The notes beneath the pieces are model-generated. The model saw nothing but the letters and a program-made list of their open reading frames with translations, was not told the origin of the DNA and did not search any database. A stretch of DNA of 64,000 nucleotides from Botryllus schlosseri (taxonomy: Eukaryota), in assembly GCA_051294905.1 (NCBI GenBank), contig CM119372.1:5830001-5894000 (forward strand). The letters run 5' to 3'. Within the stretch, counting starts at the first letter, position 1, and every line of letters begins with the position of its first letter. Made by a program: the position numbers and the translations under genes. Positions 40,885 through 53,900 of this stretch are shown here, piece by piece.

Positions 40885-43800
40885 CAGTGGCGTAGCAGCC
40901 ACCTGGCGGTTCTGGCTCTGCGCCAGGGGCGGCAGGCTCCAAGGGGGCGGCAAAATGAGGCTGCAAAGTGTACATGTACACAGCTGGCTAAAATCAGCGT
41001 AATTTGTAGTCCTATAGCTGGCGTGAGCAAAAATATAATCAAACTGGTCTCAATAGAAAGCTGTGTCGCGCTGATTCCGAAAACACGAACTAATATGTTA
41101 ACATGGCAATGGAACCATACTCCGAAATCGGCGTCAAGGCCGATTGTTCCTAACAATCGCAGCGCCACAAGCCCACAACACAATGACCAATTGACCATGA
41201 CAATGAAAATTATATCGTGCGATTATTCAGAACGATGTCGATTGTCAGACCAGCATTTCAATTGTATTTACAGAGGCAGGGCAACAATAGCTTTCGATTA
41301 CGATCAGCATTGGTAAATTTGAGCTCTCGGAGGCCCTGGCCAACTATTCAAGTGTGACTATTCAAGTTGAGCATGTATCCGTAGGTTAGTGATCTATACT
41401 CTGGGTTACGATTTGGTACAGCAGAGCGAGATAGTTGTGAAGGTAAACCAGTCTTAGGAACTGTTTAAGTTGGTAATAATTGTCAGATTCACAGATTGTG
41501 CTTAAATTAATACAAGTGTTAATTAAGACTAGAAAATGAAACGTGTCAAAGAGAGTGGAGCTTTTTTTAGAAAGAAGAAGAAAGCAAGACAAGCAGAAAT
41601 AAAAAAGCACGAGGGAGCTATGCTAAAATTTGTAACCTCTTCTGGCTCAAATGTCTCTTTAACATTACCAGAGATCGATTCAAATGAAAATCAGGACAAT
41701 AACGCTGAGCTACAAAAAGATACTGAAAAGATCAGCTTATCTGCAGAAACGCAAGAGACAGAGCATACCAAGAGTAATAGGCCTACCAATGATATCAATT
41801 ATGCACTGCCTGGTACACATGTAGACGAAAGTGAAAACAACGAAGAAGCAGTTGCAGTAGTGAACAATCTACCCAATGATGTGGACTCGTGGCCTGAAGT
41901 TATAGATCACCATTTGAGAGTAGAGCTAGTCAAGGCAGGGCCAGAAATGTATCAAAACAAGGATTGGCCATTTGCTTCCAGCAGCAGAATAATTAAAGTT
42001 GGCGACAGCACTAAGATTGAGCGAAGAAGTGTTTCCAAAGAATGATTCTATAAAATACTCAAAAACGGTGACAGAATTTTGAGAAGTTGGTTATTATATT
42101 CGAAAAAGCAATCTGGATTGTATTGTTATTGCTGTAAGTTGTTCCACCTTACTGGACCTGCCTTATTTAGCACAAAATGTTTCGATCATTTTTGGCATTT
42201 AAATCCACGCATATTTGAGCATGAGGATTCCCAAATACACAAAGAATGCATGGAAAAATGGAAAGAGCTTGCAATGAGACTACAATCGCAACAAACAATT
42301 GACAAGAACATGCAGAAACATATGGATGGAGAGCGAAAGAAGTGGAGAGCAATTTTAGAAAGCGTTGTTGATGTCATATTATTTCTAAGTAAACAAAACC
42401 TTCCTTTTCGAGGACATCGTGAAGATTTTGAATCCAACAACCAAGGGAATTTTTTAGAGACCGTGAAGCTTCTGGCAAAATATAGTCCCGTACTCAGCAA
42501 ACATCTTTCTGATATTTCTATTTCTAAGAAGATGACAACTACTTATCTTTCTTCCACTACTCAAAATGAGCTTATTTTGCTTCTCAGTAAAAAAGTCAAA
42601 AGCATCGTTCTTGAAGAGGTGCGCGAAGCCAAATATTTTGCGATTATGTGCGACAGTACTCCGGACATATCACATACTGATCAAATGACTCTTATAGTGA
42701 GGTATGTAACAATCAAAAACAGTTTTGCCCAACTGAAGGAATCGTTTTTGAATTTCTTTCCGTTGAACGGAAAAACGGCAGCTGAAATTTCTCAATCTAT
42801 TCTAGATGAACTTGAACTAAACAACTTAGATGTGATGATGTGTAGGGGACAAGGCTACGACAACGCATCTACTATGTCGGGAATTCATGCTGGAGTGCAG
42901 CAAAAAATCAAAAACATAAATCCAAAAGCATTATTCGTGCCGTGTGGAAATCACACACTGAATCTTGCAGGCGTTCATGCCGTCGGATCATCGCAATTAA
43001 GCGACAGATTTTTTGCTGTTTTAGAAAGATTGTATGTATTTTTTGCTGCCTCTACGCATAGATGGGATGTCCTTCTAAAGCATGCGCCAATCGCGCTGAA
43101 GCGAATGATTGATACGCGATGGAGCGCACATCACGCCGCTGTAAAGGCCCTTCACGCATGTTTTGATGAAATTTTGGATGCTCTTGAGGAACTAGGTAAT
43201 CCAAACGAAAATCTTGCTACAAGAGGTGACGCTCATAGTATTCTGGAAGCGATTCAGAATTTCTCTTTCTATTCCTTCTTATGTTTTTGGAAAGTAATCC
43301 TGCGAGAATCTCATGACACGCAAACTTACTTGCAGCAAAAAGGACTGTTGTTAGAGCAATGCTCTAACAAGATGAAAGCGTTTGTTAACTTTTTAGTGGA
43401 AGAACGAGCTCACGTGGTTGAAGGTTCTGTGGATGCAGCGATCACAAAATGCAGAGAGCTCGAGATTCCAGTTGAAGATCGGAGAGTTCGCAGAAAAAGA
43501 AGAATGCCCGGTGAACAATCAGAAGATGCTGGCCTCAGTGTTGTTGAAGAAGTTAGACGATGCATGTTTCAAGCATTGGACAGATTTAAACTTGAAGCTG
43601 AAACTAGGTTTACCGGCATGCACCAGTTGAATGATATGTTTGGATTTTTGAATCCCCACGTGCTGCTGCAAATCGAAAGTCACAATTTATTCACCAGCGC
43701 TTTTAAAAGCACTTATGACGACGAGGTGGACTTTTTGGAGTTAGCTGCGGAAATCGACAGATTTAAGAGGCTGGTGCGGAGCAGTGGAACCACGTTTGAT

Positions 43801-44338
43801 CGTAGTGCAACGGCGTTTGATGTTTTACGGTGGTTAGTTAATGCAAAGCTACTTGATTCGACACCATATTTATGCTTGTGTCTGAAACTTTATCTGACGA
43901 TTGGTGTTTCAATTGCGAGCTGTGAGAGGAGCTTCTCAAAGCTCAAACTAATTAAGTCCTATTTACGTTCTACCATGAATGATGATCGGCTATCAGCTCT
44001 ATCCATTCTGTCTATAGAAAGAGACTACGTTAAAAAACTTGAATTTGAGGATATAATTGCTGATTTTGCTTCAGCGAAAGCCCGAAAAGTCAAGTTTTGA
44101 GGCGGCTATTGATTCTCTATTTGCACAATACATTCGTTCGCTATTTCTTGTCTTTATTATTTTTGACCTTATTAACGTTGCGACGGTGAGGCTGAGACGC
44201 GGCATATTATTTGTAATTATTTTTATTGACAAGATTGCTTTGAACATGAAGCTATGTCGAAATTTGCCGCGGTATACTTAGGGGGCGGCATTTCAAGCGA
44301 GAGCCAGGGGCGGCAGCACATGCTGCTATACGCCAGTG
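40885..44338 (+). mobile_element. Full-length hAT transposon inserted in the LINE RT
   Basis: CAGTGGCGTA / TACGCCAGTG termini; perfect TSD GCTAGAAC. Confidence 0.93.
41536..44100 (+). pseudogene. hAT transposase (TTF zinc finger, DUF4371-like, C-terminal dimerization domain) with a single in-frame stop
   Basis: ORFs 41536 and 42079 are in the same frame, separated by TGA at 42043. Motifs CYCC, FRGH, DSTPD, QGYDNA, CGNH, TRW, CERSFSKLKLIKSYLRSTM. Confidence 0.92.
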
Positions 44339-44346
44339 GCTAGAAC

Positions 44347-44640
44347 ACTATGGAATCAGGGATATTGCAGCAACTCTACTCGAGAACTACCTGGCAAACC
44401 GCAAACAATTTGTTAAACTGGGGACATCAAGAACGACTACCAGAGATATAACTTGTGGAGTGCCACAGGGCTCAGTCCTTGGACCGACTTTTTTCCTCAT
44501 TTATATTAATGATATTGTTAATGCATCTTTATTCCGCACAACCCTATTTGCTGATGATACTCACCTCTTTATAACCTCCAGCACTGTCGATGATTTGCAT
44601 GCATCTGTAAATAGGGAACTCCCAAAAGTATCGAGATCGC
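44347..44640 (+). pseudogene. Degenerate non-LTR reverse transcriptase, 3' part (CR1/L2-group-like)
   Basis: Continues KLE-HYGIR across the hAT insertion; GVPQGSVLGP...YINDI...LFADDT. Confidence 0.88.
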
Positions 44641-45294
44641 AGCAAACAAACTAAGTTTGAATGCAGATAAAACCGTGACGCTCGTTTTAAATAGGCCCTA
44701 ATGCCAATCATAATTCCACTGTGAACATCAATAATAAACAAATCTCATTGATCATTTGGTACCATCGTTTAATTTTTATTCTATTTTCCTTTTTTAACTA
44801 AACATTTTTTACAGCCAGACTGTTCAGAGTCAAGTGTACCTGTTTGATGCTGGTGTGATCAGACTAGATGACCTTCACGGTCTTATCGATCATTCCTATC
44901 TAATACCGAATATTGTGCATGCATATTTTCTGTACCACCATTACTGCCGTTTGTTATGTATTTTGGTTGGATGAAAATAAAGACTCTCTCCCTCTCTCTC
45001 TTACTAAATGTTCTGACGCGTTAGTCGTAGGCTATCGATTGCGTTTTCGCAAAGCAAATTACAGCCAACTTTTGGCTATTTTCCTGTCGGACATAGGGTT
45101 AATTCTGGGTTTGCATAATAATAGGCAACGAATTAGAATTTTTGTTATTAAAATCAAATCACAAAGCACAGGCATTTGGTACATGGAAATTTGCGCATAA
45201 ATATCTTAACTGTATCCGAATAAATACCATCCTTAAATGTTAAATGCAAAACTAAATAAATGTTTGAGGCTAAAACAGTTCGAGTATGAAATCA

Positions 45295-45950
45295 TTAAAA
45301 ATGGGATGTTTTGCGGGATTTTCTTTTGTACTCTACATCACTTTCCCACATTAAGACCCAAACGTAATCTTCCATCATGCTTCCATTATATTGCCCTTGG
45401 TATCTCTTTTCTAAATATTTTATGTCTTGATGCAATCGCTTCCCTTGTTTTCCTGAATAAGATCCCATATTATCTTCAAACTCGTCCAAGTGAGCGTCAA
45501 GCAAATGTAGTTTCATTCAGCACATCTGCAAAGCTATCCCAAGCCTTCTCCTCAACATCATTAAGCATTTGGATAAAACCATTCGACTTGAGAATCTTTT
45601 CAATTTGTGGGCCAATAAATACACCAACTTTTACTTTAGGTTTTGACAGTTAAGGAAACAAGTTCTGGAGAAACTGGAATGCGTCACCACCTTTGTCCAA
45701 TGATTTCGTAAATTGATTTATAGGGCCAAGTTTTATGCGAAGGGGAGGCTTAAGCCCTTTGTTTGGGTTAATCAACGGAGTTTTCTATACATTTTTCTCT
45801 CCAACAACAAATTCTTTTCGTTTTAGTCATATTTGCTGTTTGTAGTATTCTGCAGTAGCCCTACTATCCCAAAGGTGGTGACCCCCCCTTGCATACCCAT
45901 CAAAAACACTACAAGTTTTAGGTCCCCAATTACTTCCCAGTTATATTAAA
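45295..45950 (-). pseudogene. Chapaev3-like transposase C-terminal remnant
   Basis: KVGVFIGPQI and KLHLLDAHLDEF...GKRLHQDIKYLEKRYQG...MMEDYVW. Confidence 0.7.
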
Positions 45951-46359
45951 AATTTATCAATTGCGAATCATAAAACTTCGAAACATCAAAATCAAACCTG
46001 CAAACAGAAATATCTATAAAATGGCAAATATTGCAGAGTAGGCTATTTTAACATTCAAACGTGATTAACATACATCTTGGATGCTGTTTAGCCATATTTT
46101 AGGTTTCTTTTCTCAAAAGTAGTGCGATTTTAGAATTTCAATCTCTGAACCACAAAAGCAAAGTTTATATGGAATAAAGTCGATTTTTTATACTTACTGG
46201 TCCTAAGCAATACGGAAAAATTGGTTAGAACCTGGGAACAACAAGTTTTTTTGTTACATCGTGTAACATATTCACACACTCTATGCAGCGCCCACCCGTA
46301 ACTAAGTGAGCTGTATGCGATTTATAAATAGTTTCGTACAACACTTGCACCATTGTGAT

Positions 46360-47646
46360 CAGCACCGTAGCTGCCGCACCCCAAACCCCCCAATTGGGGG
46401 GGGGGCGAGCTCGAAGGGGGCCCAAAATTATTTCGTGAATTAGCATAAATCATAGAATATTTTTTGAAAATTTATGCAAATTTTTGAAATTTTTTTCGCG
46501 CTGGTCGCGAATTCCAGTAGCCATTTGTCTTTATTATTGGGTATTGGGCCATTAACGCGCCACGACCCACCAAGACATACAATCAAGTTTTGGGCCATAT
46601 AACATGAGACTCCAAGAAGTGTGCCAGAACGATCGGTAGCGAGAAAACCTTGGCCGAAAAGGTCTATGCCATTATGCTGACCGAAGACTTCGTTATATAT
46701 ACAAAATACATGTAGGTTTAATTGTCCATAGGCGCCTGAATGACTGGCGCCGAATGTTGCTGTCTTTGCAATCTGAACCTCACAAGACAAATACCATCCC
46801 GCTGGGAAAAAATTCATGCCAGTGATGAAATACCAATTTGAAATCGAGTGCGTCTCTTAGTTTAGAAGCTCACGTTTGGGCGATTCTATATTTTATGTTA
46901 TAGCAGACTGGAAGTCACGAAATAACATCATGTAACGAAGTCATATCAACGGGTCCGCCCGCCGAAGATGTTTAATTATTATTTACGGGCCCTCCCGTTT
47001 TCAAGACACTTCACTCGGCTCTACCGGTGAATCTAATTACGTGAGTAGAGAGGACAATAAATTGATAGCATAATATATATGCAATCGCCGATCTGATTGA
47101 CCGATATTATCATAAATTATCGAAAATTTTCGCGCTTCGCGCTGCCTTACGATACAGTACAGATGATTTCGTGACAAACGCGAACAACGTGATGGGGGGG
47201 TCGTTTTACACCCTATGGGAGCCCAAGACCCACGTTTTTGGGGGCCTGACGAGGTACTGTTTCGTTCCTGCCAATGGGTATACGCCCGAAGATGTTTAAT
47301 TATTATTGAGTCGTCCTACCTTTTGAAACACACATCACTCAGCTCTACCGGCAAATCTGATTACGTGAGCAGACAGAAGATAAAAATTGATAACAAAATA
47401 TATGCAATTACCGATCATACTAACCAATTCAATCATGAATTCTAGAAATTTTCCGCGCTTCGCGCGCTTCGGCGACAAAAGCTGTCTCACTAAACAAACT
47501 CCTAACAATATGATGAATAGCAGTAAACAGGGTATCGCCAGAGGGGTTCTGGGGGCGAAGCCCCCCAGAAGTTCGGCTTATAACCCTATGGGGGGCCCAA
47601 GACCAAAGTTTTTTTGGGGGCCTGACGAAGTGCTGTTACGGCCCTG
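46360..47646. mobile_element. Non-autonomous hAT-like element
   Basis: CAGCACCGTAGC / GTTACGGCCCTG; perfect TSD ATTGTGAT. Confidence 0.82.
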
Positions 47647-48890
47647 ATTGTGATGTACGCCCAAAGTAAACGATTACCTCTCTTTTACAGTCCCACAGAG
47701 AAAAAATATTTAAGCTTGTCAATTAGGGTAAAATTTGATCTTTTATTTCTCTATTTAATGGCAAACGTCTGACTTCTCGCATTTTTGAATTGAAGTGTAA
47801 AATTCCAGTATATATTTGGTGGGTCGGCAGGAAACATGGTCACGGAAGGGCGATTGAAAACCACTGACCTATTCGATAAAATAAGATATATAAAGAGTGA
47901 AAGGCGGTGTCAAACGTGGATTTTTCACTTTTTCCCAAAAATGACCGCAGCGCCGATAATTGATGCATATTATATTTCTTGTCTCTTTTAAAACGGGCGT
48001 TTCTCAAACTAGGGTATCCGTAACCCAAAGTAATTTCGGGGATACGGGAGCAACTTCATTTTCTGACACGCACTGTAGCAGTTTTCTCCAAAAGTGATTT
48101 TAACGTTTGGGCGTTAAGTTAAGGCCTAAACCATCATCATGCTTTTACGTTGCTGTGAAACGTTACTTGTCTTAACAACAATTTATGTAGATATTTTATT
48201 TTTCTCTGCTATCGCAATGAACCAGGGATGAGTGATTTCACGTAGTCTGATGTAGATTTAGGATTTGTTCTATACCGGTACCAGTGTCATTTGCTTATCC
48301 CGAACCCACTGGATTACAGCCATTTCGATATTTAGTGCTTTGCCTGTGTCCAGCGGGCTATGTATATTCTTTCAAACCGCGAAGCTACTCGGAAGCGGAT
48401 TTCTGATGAACTGATTATGCGTTGCGCCATTCCATGGCCACTTTCCGTGCAAATGATTTGATCTATGGTTCAGTCATATTCATCAATGTCAAAAATGTAT
48501 ACGGACAATTTTTGCTCTACCCCTTCATTTATACCATTGTGAGCAAGGTTTTTCAGGCATGGGCTTATTCAAGCAAACATTTGATGCTAGACTTTCATAT
48601 TAAAACATGATTTCCGAGTGTGCCCTCTTTAGAATGTAGGCTATGCCAATTGTCGAGTCTTTCTATGTATCGAGAAACGTGTCTGATATTGAATTCATAT
48701 GGTAGTATTTAATAGAGTGATTGGGAAAATCGCTTCAATTATTGAATTTGATTATTCTTAAAGTCATGTAAACTCTGAAAACCCATATCAGGCTTTCATT
48801 ACTTAAATGTACACAGATTGTGCATGAACGTAAAATGACGAAAGTGCACTGTGATCAGACTGGTTGGAAAGTTTTCATAATTTATTTCAG

Positions 48891-49076
48891 CTACTAAGTG
48901 TGGAGTAGTTCCGAATATTCAAAATGGAGAGTATAGGGAGGGATGCACCTCTGACAAAAAGGGCAATGTAACGTGCATCATAACCTGTAAAGATGGGTAT
49001 TATCGGAATGGAAGTAACACAGTAGAATGTATTGCCAATGTGACTGGAGAATGGAAATACGATACTGCATGTATAC
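48891..49076 (+). CDS. Sushi/CCP exon M, copy of K with an in-frame 21-bp loop deletion (186 bp)
   Basis: ttcag|CTACTAAGTGT...ATAC|gtaagt; TKCGVVPNIQNG...VECIANVTGEWKYDTACI. Confidence 0.85.
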
Positions 49077-49394
49077 GTAAGTTGTCTATATATAGTGGTG
49101 TACTTCCGAGTAACGTTCACAAGTTACATGGATGATTGCAATATTTAATTCGTACACTCATATTAATATCATATAATATAGGCCTACTGATCATATTTCA
49201 TGAAAAAATATTTGTTAATTCAGATGGAACTGTCCAACATCCGTTTCTCGCTTGACTCTTCTCCTTGAGAATAGCATATGTTCCTACTTTGAAAAGTAAA
49301 CGAAACAGAAAATCGTGCAAGTTCAGTATAGCCTATGTAGCCTTGTTCACAACTCTTTCAAATTTTGAGTTCTACACCAAATTAATCCTTACAG

Positions 49395-49604
49395 CCATTA
49401 CCTGTGAGACATCTCCGAACGTACCGAACGGGTTTATAGGAGATGAATGTGACAGTGGAAGTGAATACAACGCAACATGTCAAGTATCCTGTTATGAGGG
49501 TTACTATGTTAGCGGAGAGAAAGAGGTCACGTGCGTCGATAAGCCTGATTCAGATGATACAAACAGTGGCGGGCAATGGAACTACGGTGACACTACGTGT
49601 ACAG
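49395..49604 (+). CDS. Sushi/CCP exon N, paralog of L (210 bp)
   Basis: tacag|CCATT...ACAG|gtagta; lies within ORF 49265..49630. Confidence 0.88.
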
Positions 49605-49813
49605 GTAGTAACTATACGGACTATTATTAAGGGGATGTTTATTTTCATGTTCACATTCTCTCTCAAATAAACTTTGCCTGCTGAAATAATATTTAAATAC
49701 GTCATATTCTCATTAAAATATAACACTACCATCAATCATGACTTTATTAAATAAAGAACATAAAATGACTAATTAACATGGTGCGCGGACTGATATTTAC
49801 TCTCTGTTTATAG

Positions 49814-50020
49814 CTATGGAATGTGGTGAACTTCCGAGTTTTCCAACCGGCGATTTTGGTCCTGAATGTTCTCCTGGTAATAATGTCAATACAACGTGCG
49901 ACATAACCTGTAGGGATGTGTATTATAAGAATGGGGGTGGCACAGCAACATGTGTTGATGCCGACTCGGCGAGTAATAAGAATATGAATGGAGAATGTGA
50001 ATATGATTCTACATGTACAC
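49814..50020 (+). pseudogene. Sushi pseudo-exon O (K-type) with lost donor
   Basis: Donor reads ctaagt instead of gtaagt; conserved Trp is changed to Cys (GEC) and GYY to VYY. Confidence 0.75.
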
Positions 50021-50628
50021 CTAAGTTTTGACTAAATTTTGAGTAAAGTTTAGATGTTGCATGAACGATTGCATTTATTATTTGGCACATTTAAACTCAT
50101 ATCACCGAAAAGGTATCAATAGGTGGATAAAATATTTGGAAAAGGTAATTGACTTTATGTTGCAAAGTCTTGCCACGGGCAACACTAAAACACCCAGTCG
50201 ATCGATCATCGTTCATAAATACTGTTTTATACTGTCATCTCTTCAAAGTCATTCCTGGATCTTTATCCACCCGGACTATATGCTTGCTCTAAATTGCGTC
50301 TGCTATATGAAACTTTAACCCTGCTGTACACCAAGAAGTTAATAGGAATTCAGTCAAGGGTGTTATGGTACGTGCGTATACTTGAGCTATAGTTAATAGT
50401 TACAAAGTCATTGAGTTGAGCTGATGCAAAAATAGTATCAATTAGATAGAAGCTGCGGATCTTACAAATGGACAGTAGGCCTATATGAGGATGGGTGTTC
50501 CTATCGCAGTAACGTCAAAACAACGTCCGTCAAGACCTAAGACGATGGGTATTATCGAGGCGAGAGTATTTGTGTTTCCATGCTGGCGCTAACGAAATTG
50601 GTTATACAATTACGAGCTATGGGTCAAA

Positions 50629-51168
50629 AGGGCTGTAACCAGTGACAAGGCTCCGAGTCACAAGTCAATCACACTTTTATAGTTTTGACTCGAGTCAATT
50701 CGAGTCATTTTCAAATCACCACCGAGTCGAATCCGAGTCCAAATCATCGAGCAGAGGGTAAAGTCCGAGTCATAGTATTATATGGCTTGAGTCCGAGTCC
50801 AAGTCATAGCGTTGACTGCGCAGTTTCCAGTTAAAGTCTTGTTAGAGCCACTATTATAACTCTGTTTAGTGATATAAAATGGTTCGAGTTTACAATATAC
50901 TAATTTTTCTCATATTTAGCAATTTCTGATCGCATTTTCAAGTATCAGTACCAATAGACGAAATCCCAATACGATGGTTACTATGCTATTTTTCGGAAGT
51001 ACAATGAAATGTCGGTATTGGCCGTCTGAGTCTCGAGTCATATGACTTTGTTCGAGTCATACGCAATGACTCGAGTCCAAGTCGAGTCGAGTCATTTCCG
51101 TATTTCGAGAATATGACTTGAGTCAAGTCGAGTCATCAGAAAATCGTGACTCGAGTCATTACAACCGT
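50629..51168. mobile_element. Probable MITE with GACTCGAGTC subterminal repeats
   Basis: Clusters of GAGTC/GACTC at both ends; termini degenerate and boundaries approximate. Confidence 0.5.
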
Positions 51169-51881
51169 GGGGGTCGACTACCCGCGACTCGCTAGCCGCA
51201 TGCGGCTTTTTCACGCACCTACTGCGGCTTTCTACTTTTGAAGCAAACTTAATGTATTTCGAATGATTAATTTTTATGATATAGTTCTTCGCGAGTGATT
51301 TGTTTCCGTCAAGTAATGTTTTCGTGTATTTTTATTCTGCCTAAAGGTAGACTATAACTAGCAAAGTATTGTCGCATTAGCAACTTTTATCGTGCTTGCC
51401 ACTCGCCAATGGTACGTTGGATTTCCCCTCGTAATGTGGGCCCAGAAAACCGCTGCGTCAGCGCTAGTGTGCCAAGATATTGATCACCATCGAGCCAATA
51501 CAGTATTTTGATTCGCCAGTTTAGTTGCCACCTAACTCCCACGATACGTCGTTATATCAGGATTATATCAGCGGGACTGTAAGGCGCTATAACTCATTCC
51601 CCAAGTTTCGTACATCATGTCGGCTTTTTTTCTCTATAAAGAGAATTTCATGACATAGGTTTATTGACCTTGAGATTCCCCTCGTGCTGTGAACGAAAAT
51701 ATGAATTATCAAAGAGCAGTTACTGAATTCTATAAGTCATAGAATGCCATCATATTATTTGTTTATGCAGGTTATGTAGGCTACTTGACAATATAGAATT
51801 TACTTCATAACAATCAATGCAGTATTAAACGGTAATTTTCTGGTCATTTATTCTTTTACTTATTGACTCTATTTACTCTAG

Positions 51882-52733
51882 CGTACATGATGCTGGATAT
51901 TGACGCGCAAAGCTCCGCGGTGAAAGGAATGGATAATAACTTGACAGTCCGGATTAAATCCATTCCTCAGAATCTTCCTGTTAATATCTCTGCTTTCGTG
52001 ATCTCCTCGCCGAACAATACCTTGAAGGGAACAGCGTTAGAGCGGTATTCTTACAATGATGCAGGCGGTTATTTTACATATGGCATCACCATTAGGGCTG
52101 GGCACAATGATTCGAGTACTCGAATCTGAATCGAGTATTAATTTTAATGATTCGAGTCGAGTACTAAAACACGATTTTTTCGAGTACTGAAATTATACGC
52201 TCCTCGCCACTTAAAGTTAATTTATCAACGAGAATTGTATATTCGATACTAATTTTCGCTATTGATGCCTTGAAACCTTGATTGACCGCATCGTAGCATA
52301 CGAAACATATAGTACAAATCAACGAACGCTGCTGGAAATAGCACATTTCCGAAGTCATGAAATTCCCACAGCATTGTCACCAATTGCAATGAAATCGTTG
52401 TCGTCGAAAAAATACCAAGGTATGTTTAATGTAATGGATAACAGGCATTATATTCTTTGTGGTCGCATAAAAGATATGTATTTGAACTTTGACTGATTCC
52501 ATTATGTTATGACGTCATAATGAGTGATACTCGATTACTCGACTCGACTCGAAGCATTTTACGTGATTCAGAATCGAATCACTCAGGTACTCGATTTTGC
52601 CCAGCCCTAATCACCATAACGGACGTAGTTGAATCAGATGAGGGGAATTACCAATTCGAATCATCTGCTAGGTCTGAATTTGATGTATATCCAAATGTAT
52701 CTTTTGCGGGGACGCAATATCTGTACGTTCAGG
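51882..52733 (+). CDS. Ig-like exon 1 (no Cys) interrupted by a MITE; 51882-52092 + 52618-52733 = 327 bp
   Basis: tctag|CGTACATG ... CAGG|gtatgt; the restored frame reads ...YGITITDVVESDEGNYQF..., with the Ig DxGxY motif. Confidence 0.8.
52093..52609. mobile_element. MITE inside Ig exon 1
   Basis: TIR TAGGGCTGGGCA; perfect TSD ATCACCAT; second copy at 55250-55765. Confidence 0.95.
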
Positions 52734-52794
52734 GTATGTCATGAAAATTGCGAACATTAACAGGAAGGATTGGTAAGTTCATGCCAATTTACAG

Positions 52795-53097
52795 TTATTC
52801 CTGAAAACTTCCAATTTTATATTAACGAGACGGTGATAAATGAGGATATCACATACGTGAGAGGAGACCCTAACAGCAATGTAACATGTAGCGCTGACGG
52901 AAACCCCGAACCCGATTACAAATGGGGTGCATCAGGTGTGGAAAACCTGCCTGGTGGAGTTTCCACAAATAAGCAAATTTTACATCTCGAGAAATCGTAC
53001 TTTACGGATAATGGCACGTGCGTCTGCGGTGCATCAAATAATGTATCCGAAGAATACAACCAAACTCCAAATCGCTCGATATACATTGAAATCAAAG
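52795..53097 (+). CDS. Ig-like (I/C2-type) exon 2
   Basis: tacag|TT...AAAG|gtgagt; NVTCSADGNPEPDYKW...DNGTCVCGASN. Confidence 0.88.
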
Positions 53098-53283
53098 GTG
53101 AGTGTCCAGAAGCCTCTATATATACTCCTTTGCTATTATTCTCGCGTGTGTGATGTGCGATTACCACTTACTGCTTTTACTGCATTAAAACGTAGTAATA
53201 AATTTTACCTAATAATCGAACATTTATGTACGTATTCTATAGTGATTGTTGTATATTGGGATTTGAATTGATATAGACTAAAT

Positions 53284-53845
53284 CAGTGGTTCTCAAAGTG
53301 GGCTATAGTAGCTTACCTCTCGGAAGAATTTGAGACATGAGTTATAAAAACGAAGGTCGAGGTTTGGAGGCGTAAACATACGAACGGGGCGATACGTGGG
53401 CGTAAATGATGGTACGTTCAGCCAATTATATTTATATCTATATTACTCTTTGGATTGTGGTCAAGTTTATAAATGATGGAAGTTGATGGAAAAGTGACTC
53501 AATCCTTGACACATCCCAGTTCGCGAGTAGGGAAAAGAATCAAATCGACTAAATTCGATTTACGTATCAGCTCTCTAACTTATTTATGAATTCCATCAAC
53601 TTTGTAGAAGTGCATCCAGAACATACTTTACATGGCCATATTAAGTATGAAAAAATATGCATTTTAATTAGTTGAAGTAGAAGAAGTATATATAAAAATA
53701 GACTTCAGTAAATCAAACAATTTTATGAACCTTCATTCGTACGGTAAAATATTACTTCGTTACTGATGAACTTTTGCATTTAGGCGATAAAGATATATCG
53801 AGCTTGATATGGGGGAGATGTGTCAAAATAGCATAGGAACCACTC
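53284..53845. mobile_element. hAT MITE
   Basis: CAGTGGTTCT / GGAACCACTC; perfect TSD GACTAAAT. Confidence 0.8.
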
Positions 53846-53900
53846 GACTAAATGCTATTGAACAAATACTCCCTCTTGATAACGTATGTGACCTTGTTAG

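Noticed and set aside
37260..45950. One continuous Chapaev3 transposase
   Set aside because: Fragment order is wrong for a single minus-strand gene; they are treated as separate remnants.
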